Source of the DNA: Podarcis muralis | Taxonomy: Eukaryota | Assembly: GCF_964188315.1 (NCBI RefSeq) | Contig: NC_135663.1 | Location: 38,254,001 to 38,318,000, forward strand | DNA: 64,000 nucleotides | Direction: 5' to 3' | Shown: positions 1 through 12,588 of the stretch, one piece after another | How the letters are laid out: each line of letters begins with the position of its first letter | Numbering within the stretch: position 1 is the stretch's first letter | Made by a program: the position numbers and the translations under genes | The notes under the pieces: model-generated | The model's input: only the letters and a program-made list of their open reading frames with translations | Told to the model about the DNA's origin: nothing | The model's database searches: none

Positions 1-395
1 ACCAGCCTAAGAACGGGCTCCTGTCATCATCAGTTTTGACAAGGGTTTTCATGTGTTTGGGGCAATTCACTTACCAACTTAAGCAGAGCAGCTATGGGTC
101 CTAATTCAGCACCAGTTGCTATGTGTACATCCCGGAATGTATTTTTTAGCCTAGTGGTGGTATGCTTTTGCACACACATGACCTGATAGAGCAAAGAAAG
201 CTACAAGTAGAAGAAACTTAGATTTACAGCTGCTGAGGAGACCCTACCCACCCCAAATAACAATCATTTTTATTCTGAAAAACAACAGACAGAGCCCCAT
301 TAGATCTGTTTGGCCTTCCATATACCTTGCTTACCAGATACGTATTTGTGGGAATTTAACTCCTAAACCAAAATTGGTTCACGTAGGCTGTATAT

Positions 396-531
396 CAGGC
401 ATCCCTAAATGTGGACCTCCAGATGTTTTGGGACTACAACTCCCATCATCCCTAGCTAACAGGACCAGTGGTCAGGGATGATGGGAACTGAAGTCCCAAA
501 ACAGCTGGAGGGCTGAGTTTGGGGGTGCCTG
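396..531. mobile_element. hAT-type MITE, 136 bp
   Basis: TIRs CAGGCATCCC...GGGGTGCCTG; perfect 8-bp TSD CTGTATAT (388-395 and 532-539); internal palindrome. Confidence 0.9.
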
Positions 532-2739
532 CTGTATATCTTACTGGCAGGGATTTTAATGAAATGACTTAATCAACTGTTAATCTGCTTTAAAAGTACA
601 CCTACTACTAAATAAATAGACAGTAAATATTTTACCTGTGCAAACTCCCTAATGGCAAAAAATAATAATAATCTTTTAAAAGAGCTTTGTCTACCTAAAG
701 TTTGATTAAAAAAACACTTCACAGTTACTATACTTTCAGATTATTTTATTTAATGAGCTTTAACTGACAATCATTGTCTGTTCTTTTGCCCAGAACTATA
801 AGGCCCTCAGAGTGTTCACAAATCATTTCCAGATGGTGCAGTTGTGATCCAATGTACTTCTACCTCCCTGGTCCAACTGGAACTCTCCCAGGCTGTGGGG
901 CATTAATATACTTCTTTGTGTCTGAGGCTATAATCTTTGCCAGATAGCTTTAAGGTGATTCTACTTGGGAGATCATCAAGCAGTTAGGAAATGTGACCAA
1001 AAACAGTGCAGATGCTTGCGGAGTAATGTAATGGAAATCAGATTCTCTTCTTTTCCAACTGTTACAAGGGCATGGTGGGGGGAAGAGAGTGAGGCACACG
1101 TTATGGATGTAAGTCATTTCACTCTTTCTCACTACTGCTGTAAAGAATGCGCATAGCATAAACAGAATTGTACCTTGTGGCCTAGCCCTGAGTGTTCAGT
1201 GCAACCATGAAAGGGGCTGTTTGCAGAGTTTCTGCATGCTGAGAGGGACCTCTGCATGGAGAAGAAGCCTGCACATCTTCCAGAGTCGCAGTGGGATTGG
1301 ATGTGGGGAGCTGTCAGCAAGCATCCTGCTGCTTCATACAATCGTATGTATGTGGGGCAGAAGGGGGGGTGCTGATTTGAAGGGGAACGTGGAAAGTTGA
1401 GATAATAGGCAACATTTTGGTGCCAACTTACTGCTTGGTCATGCTCCTTTGTGACAGTGCATAAACAACTAGGCTGAAATTATAGAGGGGGGGGGGAGAG
1501 AGAGAGGGAGGCATAGGTGATTCTTAAGTGTTTTAGGGAGGATATGTATATGTGCAGATGAAACAATCAGACGAACAGTTTTGGTTCTGACTCCAATATT
1601 ATTCCTTTTACTTTTGCCACCCAAAGACTGGTGGTTAACTTTTTTGGGGGGAAATGTACATTTTGCCAGCATGAGTTAAAAAACCAGCTGAGCCCTGTAC
1701 TCTTGATTTGCGAAGTGAGGCTCTGGTATTATACGGAGAGGTTGCATGGTTGTATTGCCACTTTCTGACAAGATGGTGGTCACATAGTAACTCTCCATGC
1801 CAGGTCAAAGAACATCACCCTTTCAACCAATTAATGGCTGCCTTTCTCCCGCTTTGTCCCCATGATAAAGATTGTGGGTAGCTTGACCTTCAGTATTACC
1901 TGCAAAGGCAGAATTGCTTCCTTAGCATTCCAGTGAATATTATTTTAGAAACATGGTCCAATTTTCTCTTAAACCAATGGGTGTGTAAATTATGATAATT
2001 ACTTATATCAAGAAGGTCAAAAAAGTAACAGCCAGCTTTGGAGAAGTCTATTCCCAGCAGCATATGTATAAAATGGTTCAGATGTTGAGAGAAATGCTCA
2101 TGGTGCTTTTTCTTTCAGCTTTGGGCTTTCGTTTGCACCGGGCATGGTTCAAACATCTTTGCCAAGTTGCCCCACACCAAGGCTCTGTGAAAGGCATCCC
2201 TTTCAGTGTTCCCCTACGTTTGTGTCATAAAACGTTCCTATCTCCAGCCCACACTGGCAATCGTGTCCTTTTCCAATGGGAAATCCAGCAATGGACTCCC
2301 TTCAAAAGCCATCTGCCATGTGGTACTAAATTAAGGATACAACTCTAATGCTCAAATACTGGCTTCATGGAGCCAAAAGGGACTTAACTTCCAAGTCAAA
2401 TTATTAGGATGAGGCAGTTAAGGACAATTTGTGCCAGTCTACAATATCGGGGAGATTACCTGAATGGTAGAGCCCAGGTGAAGCAACTTGCACCAGCAAA
2501 GCCCTTGTTACTGCAAAGGCAGGTGTTGCAAGTAAGATTTACAAAAACTGCATAATGTATCTAATTTCACTCAAGGGCATTTCCCCAAAGAAACAGATGC
2601 ATCTTCAGATTAGTGTGGTTGATATCAAAGCGCAAGGAATACCGGGAATCACACCATTTTAATTTGTGTATATTTATACAACTTATAAAAAATTATGTAC
2701 TTAAAGACATTAACATAAAGGCCAAACAGTAATCTTCTA

Positions 2740-2745
2740 TTTATT
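2740..2745 (-). terminator. Candidate distal poly(A) signal
   Basis: Minus-strand context TGTATGTTTAAACTTTTTG-AATAAA-TAGAAGATTAC-TGTTTGGCCTTTATGTTAATGTCTTT: an upstream UGUA and a downstream GU/U-rich element. Confidence 0.5.
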
Positions 2746-3009
2746 CAAAAAGTTTAAACATACAGAAGCAAGCCCCTAATTGTTAATGCATTATTATGCA
2801 TAGATGTCGTTTTACACCATAGTTGCTGCCTGCTCTATGTTTTTCATCTAGCATTATATAATCAGGACACAATCTGCCAAGAACTTCTTCTGCACAAGTG
2901 CAAAGTTCCCAGAGGAATGTGCTCTTCAACTCCATGAACTCTGAAACATAACTGAGAATCCTGGCATTATAACTGCTGCCTATCAGGTTATTCACCTGCC
3001 AGATGAAAT

Positions 3010-3013
<4 letters not shown>

Positions 3014-3055
<42 letters not shown>
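3014..3055. repeat. (CT)21 microsatellite
   Basis: Direct read. Confidence 0.95.
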
Positions 3056-3060
<5 letters not shown>

Positions 3061-3594
3061 CTCCCCCCCCTATAAAAAAGTCACATCTTTAATAGACAAT
3101 CAAAAGTGCATTAAATGTAGAATGGGTTAAATTCATAAAGGTGTTTTTTTTAAGTCAGTGAAAATACCACCCTGTGAATTAGATTTTTGCATTATTGATT
3201 ATAAAGTATATTTTATTAAGATGTTGATATTGCAAGCTTTTAGTCCTTTTTCTCTTTTGTTCTGTGCAACAAAATGGTTACACACTGCAATGCAATGTTA
3301 TTCTTGAAATACCCACTGCAGTAAATTAAAACTATTTTACATTTTTTACTTAAGAATACAATATTCTTGCTGTATATTTTCAGTCATTCATAGCCACAAA
3401 ATCATTACACTCGATCAACACAATTTATCATTTTGACATTTTGAAGTTAACTTTTATCTTATTTTGCAGGAGACAGATGCCTGTTTCATTCTAAAGTACA
3501 ATGTACTCCTGATTCCTTCCTTTTTTCATTTTTCATTTTTATTATTTCTAAGCAATAATCAATGGTTTCATAAACAGGTGATTAAAGTAAAGGA

Positions 3595-3600
3595 TTTATT
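3595..3600 (-). terminator. Candidate proximal poly(A) signal
   Basis: Minus-strand AATAAA about 3.0 kb after the stop, followed by TGTTTATG; a second AATAAA lies at 3538-3543. Confidence 0.45.
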
Positions 3601-5154
3601 ATAATCTGCTTACAATTGTTTGCAAAGACAGACATATATTTTGCATAAAGATATAAACTGTTTTTAAAACTAATGTAGTGTTTTACTTATGACATTTCTG
3701 TGAATTATGAATTGTACCAAACCAAGATTATATGCAATAAGGTACAAAAAATAATAGCAATCAGACAACAACGTGAATTGGGACAGACATCTAACAGTGG
3801 ATTTTTTAAAAAAAGAATATGGCTTTAATATTTTAATTAGGCAAAGTTACTTAGTGATAAAAAAAGATCCAGTAACTTTGTTAATAAAAAAATGCAGCAC
3901 CATACTGCGTTTACCACAAACCTGAATAATTTGAAATTCCAATTTCAGTATGGTTTTAAAAAAAACGGTAAATGAAAGGGAGATTTGTGACCACTTCTTC
4001 AATATAAACAACCAGTCTGCATGCGGTGTATTTTTATCACTTTAGAAGAGCAGCTTTCATATTGCTGTGCAGATCAAAGGAGCTGATTTATGAATTAGAT
4101 TTCTAAAACTGCAAATAATATATGCATGTGTAAATTGACTCTTTCTGAGCGTACCTTAACAGATTTCCCATTAAATGAGACATGTGACTTAAAAATAGTA
4201 GTAGTAATGTTTGCATCCTGTTTATGAGATGCAAACATTCAAATTTCTGAATCTAATGCACACTTGATTATTGAGAGTTTGCGGGCAGGATACAAAGAGA
4301 CTTTGTAAGGAAACTTTGGGCTTCTTTTTCTTCTCTCTGTGCCACATAGAAAACCACTTTGAAACTGAGGGCACTTTCAAAAGCAGCTTATGATACATCA
4401 TTGGAATCTGATGTTCAGCTGGGGGAGGGAAAATCCCACTGGGCAATGCCTACTGGAGGTCTTTGGATCCCAGACTTTGTTAAGGTTTCTTTTATTTTCA
4501 CAAACTTTACCTAGACACAAAATTACCAGAAGTATAACTCTGACAATTATTCTCTTTACATTTGTATTTAATATCAATGGTCATAGGAAATGTTGCTATA
4601 ATGCAGCCTCCAATGTGTTTAAATTATTTATAAAATGTATAATGTTGATCACCCCAAGAAAGATACATTTTTCATCATCTCAGTTCATAAAGTAAGTCTT
4701 GAGAGAAATTCAGATTAAAGGCTCATGCCTAAAGTTGTTAGCTATGTTTTAGCACTGATTTGTAAAAGTGTTATGGTATTAATATTAAGTTACTAACTAG
4801 TTGAGCAGTAATTCTAAACATAGTTACAAGAAAATAATTTGTACTAAAAGTCAGTAGCACGTAATTCCAAATAAGTAGGTTTATGATCTAGGATAACACA
4901 CACACCCTAGTCCAAATTTGTCAATAGCGTATCTTCTTTCACATAATTATATCATTCCAGAATTTTATCTAGCATGTGTGTTGAAATTTATTTTCTCACA
5001 TTTTTAGCCCCATTTTTTTGTAGTTTATGTACATTCCAGATTGAAAAGGAGAAGCAAAAAAACAACAAAACCCCACTATTATTATTTAGCTCTCCCTTTT
5101 AGCCACAACTTTGTTACAATATTAGACACCCACACTGTCCCACTGAAATCAAGG

Positions 5155-5221
5155 AGTGCAATCCTATGCATGTCTGCTCAAAGGTAAGTCCCAGATAAGT
5201 GTGTATAGGATTTCAGCCTAG
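5155..5221. mobile_element. Short palindromic squamate-type repeat (gcaatcctatgc...ataggatttcagcc), internally deleted, within the 3'UTR
   Basis: Inverted ends TGCAATCCTAT / ATAGGATTTCA; related 'aagtcccatt...caatg' fragments at about 55310-55360 and 57530-57590. Confidence 0.5.
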
Positions 5222-6124
5222 CTGTGTGTTGAGTTGCAGCCTTGGAAATAAAACAGATTGGCAGGCAGAATCTCACCTTGTCCCAGGACTGACGAGCCTT
5301 TGAGGAGACTCTAGGCACAACCCAATAGGATACTGTCCTCAGGAAGCTGTACTGAAATGTATGAAGTACTGTGTGCTTCCACATCTTCATTCACTTCAGC
5401 GAGACAATTTCTTAGTGGGTTGTGCCCTTTGGAGTCTATCTTGGTAGATGTGAAATGTGCAGATAGCTGCAAACACAGCTAGCTAGAGGCATGGAGCAGA
5501 ACTCTTGTGTGCTAGAGTCATGTAAAAGCAGACAGATACTATGGATGAAAATGGACAGAAAAGAAGTGCAACTGAAAATGGCTATGGGTGGTTATTTACA
5601 GCAGACACTGTCAGATGGTAAATTAGATATGATGCTAAAAAGGCACAGCTTTCCCTTTCTGAAATACACTGTAAACGGTTCATTATGCATGCAGAACAAT
5701 TCACTTTACAAAAAAAATTACCTTGTGTTTAGACAAAAAGAGTAATTAAATAGTCTCCAGCAAAATAGAATTCTTCCAAAAATACTTTCCCATTCATCCT
5801 ATTAACCATTAAAGATTTTTAGGTCTCATTTACAAAAGTTCCTTATACCATTTTTTTCCAGGTCCTTCAATTTATACATACAGCAATGTACAATACAGCA
5901 AAAGACTGCGAAAAATTATTGGTAAAGCCAGCACAATAGATACTAGAAATCGAGACCCAGGCATTTGTTTTAACATCTTATCCTTTCAAGTTAAATAATA
6001 AATGAACACTTAACACAGTGTAGATCATCTGTGATGGATAATATGGGATAACAAATGCCGCAGGTTAATATACCAAGATTATTCCACACCAAATGCTCCA
6101 TTATTTATTTTACACATCCAGGGA

Positions 6125-6126
<2 letters not shown>

Positions 6127-6162
<36 letters not shown>
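6127..6162. repeat. (TG)18 microsatellite in the 3'UTR ((CA)n on the mRNA)
   Basis: Direct read. Confidence 0.95.
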
Positions 6163-6166
<4 letters not shown>

Positions 6167-6630
6167 GTACAATTATTAATGCCCCATATTGACTTTGTTT
6201 TATGTGCAAACCAACAGTAAGCTTTTCAAAAGTTCATATTAGTCCTTGAACCCTTTTTAAAACAAGCAAACAATACCGGAAACTACATGGCATATTTAAA
6301 AGGTTCATCTCTTAAAATATCAAAATCAAAGAGTTATTTGACTAGATATGGCTTTTCATCCAGAGGAACAGGAACATATTTTTTTTCTCTCTCTCCTAAA
6401 TGTTGGGTTATTGGGGGGGAGATGCATCTTGACGACTTTGCTCGCCTAGTTCACATAAGCTGCTTTCCATCCTCCAAACCCTGGCTATGGTTTTCAGACT
6501 ATTTAGAGACCATTGAACAATTTTGTATAGCATGTTTTAAAGGTTGGCTTCTTGGGTCCTTCATGGGTGTGGAATAGCACAGGGAAACTTAAGGCAAAGT
6601 TTTTTCTTTCTCCAGTAAGACATTTTTCTG

Positions 6631-6810
<180 letters not shown>

Positions 6811-8169
6811 TCAGGAATGGCGCGCGTTGAAATTGACGTAGAAAGTCTTCATGATGCAAAAACAAACAGCGTTAAGAAACAATTTTCCTTAATAGAATAG
6901 GTATCGGACAAAGACCAGAAAGTAAGCTCACCACCCACCACTCAAATGTGGATGTGCTAGTAAAAAGTAGTTCGAAGCCAGAGAAATTTCATTCCAATTA
7001 ATTCCCACAGAAATCAATGGGATCTAAGCAGGGTTTGCTCTGGTTTATGGCAAATGAAAACTTGTTCCAATCATGTATATAGTCCACACACACACCCTGT
7101 GTGGCTCTCTGTTGTGTGTGTAAAAGAAATAGAACCTTTGGTTACAGAAGAGCTCCTTTTTTCAAACTGCTTCTTTTCTGACTATGACTTCACTGGAGAG
7201 CTCCCATCACCAGCAACCACAAATTATTCTATACTTCTGATTAGGGCTGTTCACAACATAAAAAATAAGAACAAACCAAATGCCTCTGAATATAAAGCCA
7301 GATTCTCAATGACACCTTTTCTTCCTGAACAATATTTTATGCACACTGGCAAAAGAGCACACATAGGAACTCTGTTGCTAAGACCACATGGGGCTGTCTA
7401 CAAAGAAGAAGAGATTTCTAAAAGGAGTCCTATGATCAGACTTTCGGAGCCCAGTTTGTCCTCTCTGATAGGAGAAGGGATTTATTGCTTTGTGCATGTC
7501 CCACCTTCATTTTTAGAAGTTGCTCATTTATTCTGCTTTTTGGGTCTGGAAGTTTGGCTGATGAATAGTTTTGAATAGATGCAGGTTTCTTTACCATAAA
7601 ATCCTATTTATTTTTATTTTACTTTCTGTTTATTCCCTTGTGAGACTCAAATCTTGCAATTCCAATTTTAAACATTCTCCCTTTATTTTTACATGAACCT
7701 ATTTACCATTTGGACGATGTTGAAGCCTTTATACTAGGATCCTGAGTTCATCTTTCTCAACTTTGCCCCGGGTCCAAAAAAAATAGTTTCTTTTATTCCT
7801 TCTGGGATTGGTAGCTAAACCCCACCCACCCCTTAATCTTTAGGTTGAACTGTTGTAAGGCTAGGGATTTAGTAAGCTTTTAACTAGTTTGAACAGGTGG
7901 AAGGGTATGAGCAAGCAATTAAGGGCTTAGTATTATATATGCTTTACTGGTAGCTGCTGGGGTAATTATTTTTATTTGCCCATCTAATATTTTCCATTTA
8001 TAAATTGATTTGTACATTCTTTTTATTCTTATCTGACTCTGATCCCTTTCTGATTACCACCGCTAGCTCACTGGAGCAAGCTAAATGGAGTGAAAATTTT
8101 CAATAATTTGTGTCTTATCAATTCAGCTTTATGTTTTCTAGATTTTAAGACCAGTCAGGAATTCTAATG

Positions 8170-8171
<2 letters not shown>

Positions 8172-8225
<54 letters not shown>
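8172..8225. repeat. Compound (TC)n(GT)n microsatellite
   Basis: Direct read. Confidence 0.95.
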
Positions 8226-8501
8226 GTTTTTGTTATTTTGGTGGAAGACCAACAAATGGTTCTTCCCTAGTCTTATCAATAGAAATAACAATTGTGCAAT
8301 GCAATTAAGTCAATGTGGTCACTGTGGTTTTCACTGTTCCACGGCTGGATTTCAGGCTTAGAATCTCCAAACAAAAGCCATCATTTTAATGCATTTTCTT
8401 TTTATTAAGCCATGAAAATTGGCCTATAAAGGCATGGGCATCTCCCCCCACCCCCAAACTGGTTCAACTGCTGATGAAAAAAATAACACATTGGTCTACA
8501 T

Positions 8502-8618
8502 CAGGGATGGGGAACTTTGGAGCTTCCAGATGTTGGACTTCCAACTCTCATTGGCCTCAGCATGACCCAAAATCAAGGATGCTGGACTATGTTAGGGGCT
8601 GCAGGTTCCCCATCCCTG
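8502..8618. mobile_element. hAT-type MITE
   Basis: 14-bp TIR CAGGGATGGGGAAC / GTTCCCCATCCCTG; degenerate 8-bp TSD GTCTACAT / GTCTAAAC. Confidence 0.8.
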
Positions 8619-9807
8619 GTCTAAACTTTCACTCTCCTAACTGCTGTACACCATGCTAGACCCCATGCTGTTCCCTCATGAGTAACTTTTTAAGAGAGCC
8701 GATGGCTACAGTGCAGAGAAGTGATGGAAAAGCCCTGATCCACCAGTGAGGGTTTCTCTCCCTTTCAGAGAAAAAACCAGAAGTATTACCTGATACCAAG
8801 TAGGCGTCAATTGAAGTCTGTTCTTTACTTGCAGGCTTTTCTAAATTCCACTCACCATTGAATGTATCCCTAAGTAGCTGTGCTTCTGTAGCTATTAAGC
8901 GTTCTTTGTGTTAGCAAGTGAACAGTTCAATTCAACCAGTAAGACTCTATATCAACACCTAAGCTGTCACCCATTCTCTCTGGTATAACATGCATTTCTG
9001 CGTCCATATTGGATGCCTGCTGATATTTTTGTGTCTCTGAATTTGGTGGGGAGCTTGAGCATAAAACCCTTCTGAAATGGATGGAAAAGGGACCCCAATT
9101 GTTTCAAGTCTATACAGTGCTCAATTCATAACTTTATTCGTTTACATTTTTAAAAGGAATTGCCATTATGTCACATTGAAACATTTCTTTTGGGGGGGGG
9201 AGGAGGACTAACTAGAGCTTTGACCCCCCCCCCCCAATGACACAAACTGTTTGAATGTAAAATTACTTAAGTATTTACCTGAAATTATTTTTTCATACAG
9301 GCTATGCTCCAGTCACTGCCCCTACAAGGCATCATACCCTAATGTTCTTAAACATGTCTTGCAGGTGGGACTTAATTCACAGAATTGAGATACAAATCCT
9401 ACTGACTAAGGGGCCTTAAATCAGCACAAATCTGCCTTAATCAGCATTGTGACCTCTGCAGGTCTGAATTCAAGCTGTTCTATAATTGCTTTGTTTTGTT
9501 TTTAGGGGCTCTGTAAATAAAGTTGCTGATGCTTTGAAATTCTTATTTGCTTACCTTTCCTTTCATGGAATTTTCTTCACACCTTGGCATATTTTTTTGC
9601 ATGCACATATGTTCACCATGTGGAAGGCCAGCTAAAACCACTGAGCAATGTAAAATATTTCCCTTCACTTGTGCTCCCTATATTACGGAGTGTTGTGTTG
9701 CCTTAATTTTGTTTCTATTCTACATCCTCACGGCCTGCAACCCTCATACCCAGGGGCCAGTCCCATTGAAATCAATGGGCTCCATGTAACCCATAGACAA
9801 TTCCAGC

Positions 9808-9975
9808 ATTAGAACATAAAAGCAGCCTGCTGGATCCTGCCAACTGGCCCATCTAATCCAGCATCCTATTTACATGGTTGCCAGGCACATGTAATGTGGG
9901 ATGTCAGGAAGGATACCAAAACTCAACAGCACTTGTGATTCCCAGCAACTAGAGTTCAGAGGCATACTGCTTCTG
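9808..9975 (-). mobile_element. Old CR1-type 3' tail fragment
   Basis: AGAACATAA...CTGCTGGATC...CCCATCTAATCCAGCATCCT, the same motif set as copies at about 21945, 37150 and 45085. Confidence 0.6.
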
Positions 9976-12430
9976 TTTCAGTATCTGTTACAATTTTAGG
10001 TAAACTATTGATACTATATAACATTATGCTGAGATTTGCTACCTCAGACCAATTTGGACAAGAGCACACACGCTCTTTCCTCCTTCAGAAGACAATAGGT
10101 GGGAGTCAGCGAAATATTACTCATTTAAGCAGACCCATTTAAATGAACGAACATTGACTAATTTAGGCCCATGAATTTTAGAGGGTCTACTCTGTGTGAA
10201 ACAATGCCACCCTCTTATTCCTCCCTGACACATTGGTTGGCATTAAACTCAAGTTTTACTCCGGGTAGGTAGACGGACTGAAATCAATTCATAATATAAA
10301 CTAGGTCTATGGATTTTAATGGGTCTACTGTCAGCATAGCTTCGTTGAATACCTCTCAACAGGCTTCCATATGCGCAGAGATTCCGATGTGGGGGAATGC
10401 CACATGAAAAACTTTTCGCAGCAGTGTCCCCCAACACATTTTCAGACAGTACAACAACCCACAAGTAAGGGTTATTTCCCCTGGTGTTTGTTAAATTCTG
10501 TCCAATTATATATGGAGAGTATAATTAGTTCTGGCTCTGAAAATATATGATGCACCATTTTACTGGCACGGTTCAAAATATTGCACGCACACACGACCCC
10601 AACTTTCACAGGCAGCTTGCTACATAATACAGTAAATCTGAAGCATTTGAACTGATGCTGACTTGGATTCACTGACTTCAATGCAACTCTACTGGCTTGA
10701 ATCCAAGGACTTTAACTAATCTGGTTTGCAGAGCAAGCTGATGTTGAGCAGAAAAACATCTACCCCCCCCTCCTCAAAAGCAAAAGCTAGTCTCAAAGGA
10801 ATGAGCTGTTACTGCAGTACTAATAATACTCTGACTCCCACCGAGATATTTCAGTGTTTTAATTAACAGCACATTACTTGACAAATAATTCCATATGTAT
10901 GTTCTGTAAACAGACCTCGGGCTTTGGTGCAGATTTGACCTGAAATGCACCATACTGTACTGCGTCTTCACAAATAAGCCAGTCAAGTACAAAGAAGCAC
11001 ATTTATATGTGGCCTCTCACATACTGAGGCCAAAGATTCTGTGCACAGCATGTGTATCAAAAGCGTATTTCCTTGCTACATCCTAAGAATGGAGCTGAGG
11101 AGTTTGCTTGCTCTTGCTGTACAATTGAACAGCTTTAAAGAGGTGCTTAGCAGTAGGCTGTCCTCTTGTAACTGGTGGTGCCACAAAACAGAAGCTCATA
11201 AAGAAACCAAAATCCCTTTGGAGAATAAGTTGGGAATGATGTCAATAATAATACATTTAAATGAGTTGGTGAATTTTAAAGCCTGCGTATGACTGACTCA
11301 TTCTGGTTCAAAGCAATTTGCATTGTCTTTGAAAGACTGGAGATACTATTCACAAATAGCCGTACTTTGAAATGGCTGCATGGACTTCAATAAGATTACG
11401 CAGAAATAAGAGGTATTGAGAATTGCGGCTTGAGGGCAGGGGGTGGCGAGGGTGAGGGCGGGGCAGAGGACAGCAGCAGCAATTGGAAACTTGGGTTTCA
11501 CATACAAAGATTTTCAGCATTTGTAATTACACCCTTACATTTCAATGGAATTCTGATCGAGTGCCTAAAATTGACTTGCACTGACTCACAAGGTTAGCTC
11601 TGAGCACAGTTCATGAACTTTGCTTTCTGTTTTAAACCATCTGATGACTCAAAAGCAACTTCCTGTCCTCTTGCTTGCAGAACATTACTCATTAAATTAT
11701 TTCTCCCAGCACATAAGCAGATCCCTTACCCAGTAGGCCCAGAAAGCAGCTTTCTCACTTGGTTGTATTTGTGGCACTGCCTTTGTGAAAGCGCTTCCCT
11801 TTCTGCAAGTCAGGTCAGCCAGTTTTCACCAAACTACCTCCTGCATCCACTTTATCCCACCCACAAGCTGTTCCTGAGGGTTTGGGGGACCGTCTGCAAC
11901 AGTAAATATTATTCCATGGAAGACTGCAGTACAATACAAGGGGTGGGCAGTGTTGGTGCCCTCACTGAAGCCCTGTCCATAAAGGCAAAGTCACTTGGAT
12001 ACCGCTCATTTTCTATACAAAAATCTACAAACTACTTTCTTTTTCTTTTCGTACTTGGTGCTTGTTAACTGAACAAGACGTAATACTGTTCATGCGCCTG
12101 CAACTCAAAACAGCAACCTGAATCTCACTGTTCGTTTTCTCCAGTTGGTAGGTAGGTAGGGAAATGTATGATGTCATCACACTGTGCATTTCCTGTATGG
12201 TGTGATGTAATGGGGGGTTTGGTAGTACCACTTCGCCATTGCTCAGTGTCACTTCTGCTACTGACGAGCAACGTCTGCCTGTCATCTCACCTTTTGCGCT
12301 GATGAACAGGTATCGCCTCACTTTTTTGTAACAACACTGCATCAAGATACCAATCAACCTCAGTCAAGGGATTTGTTTGATTCCTACAGTATATAACAGT
12401 CTCCTCCAAACTATCAAGCCAATTACTTAC

Positions 12431-12588
12431 ATCATGAATGGAGTCCAGGAGCTTTGTCAGTTGGTAAAACCGCTGCCAACTTTGCCCAGAACTGTTTGGA
12501 TGTTTAATTACCATCTTCCTCAGCTCTTTAATATAATTTGCCCTCATTTCTTCAAATGCAGCTTGACTCTTGAGGCCATCCTTGGGAA
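12431..12588 (-). CDS. NR3C2: NR3C2 exon 8 equivalent, ligand-binding domain
   Basis: 158 bp, atgacag|TTCCCAAG...CATGAT|gtaagt. Encodes [53 protein letters not shown], inside ORF 12287..12622(-). Confidence 0.98.

Larger units (their letters stand above)
2720..6630 (-). other. NR3C2: NR3C2 3'UTR (3' end uncertain: about 3575 or about 2720)
   Basis: Directly follows the stop codon and is AT-rich. The proximal part resembles the mammalian NR3C2 3'UTR as I recall it (actttgccttaagtttccctgtg; ggatgaaaagccatatctagtca). Minus-strand AATAAA at 3595-3600, 3538-3543, 3212-3217 and 2740-2745. Confidence 0.65.

Noticed and set aside
1-2600. 3' end of the neighbouring gene (ARHGAP10 lies tail-to-tail with NR3C2 in mammals)
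   Set aside because: No SH3-encoding exon or other recognisable coding sequence is visible; it may lie left of the window.
12287-12430. Read-through extension of exon 8 into intron 8
   Set aside because: A strong GTAAGT donor, a short non-conserved-looking peptide and no adjacent poly(A) signal.
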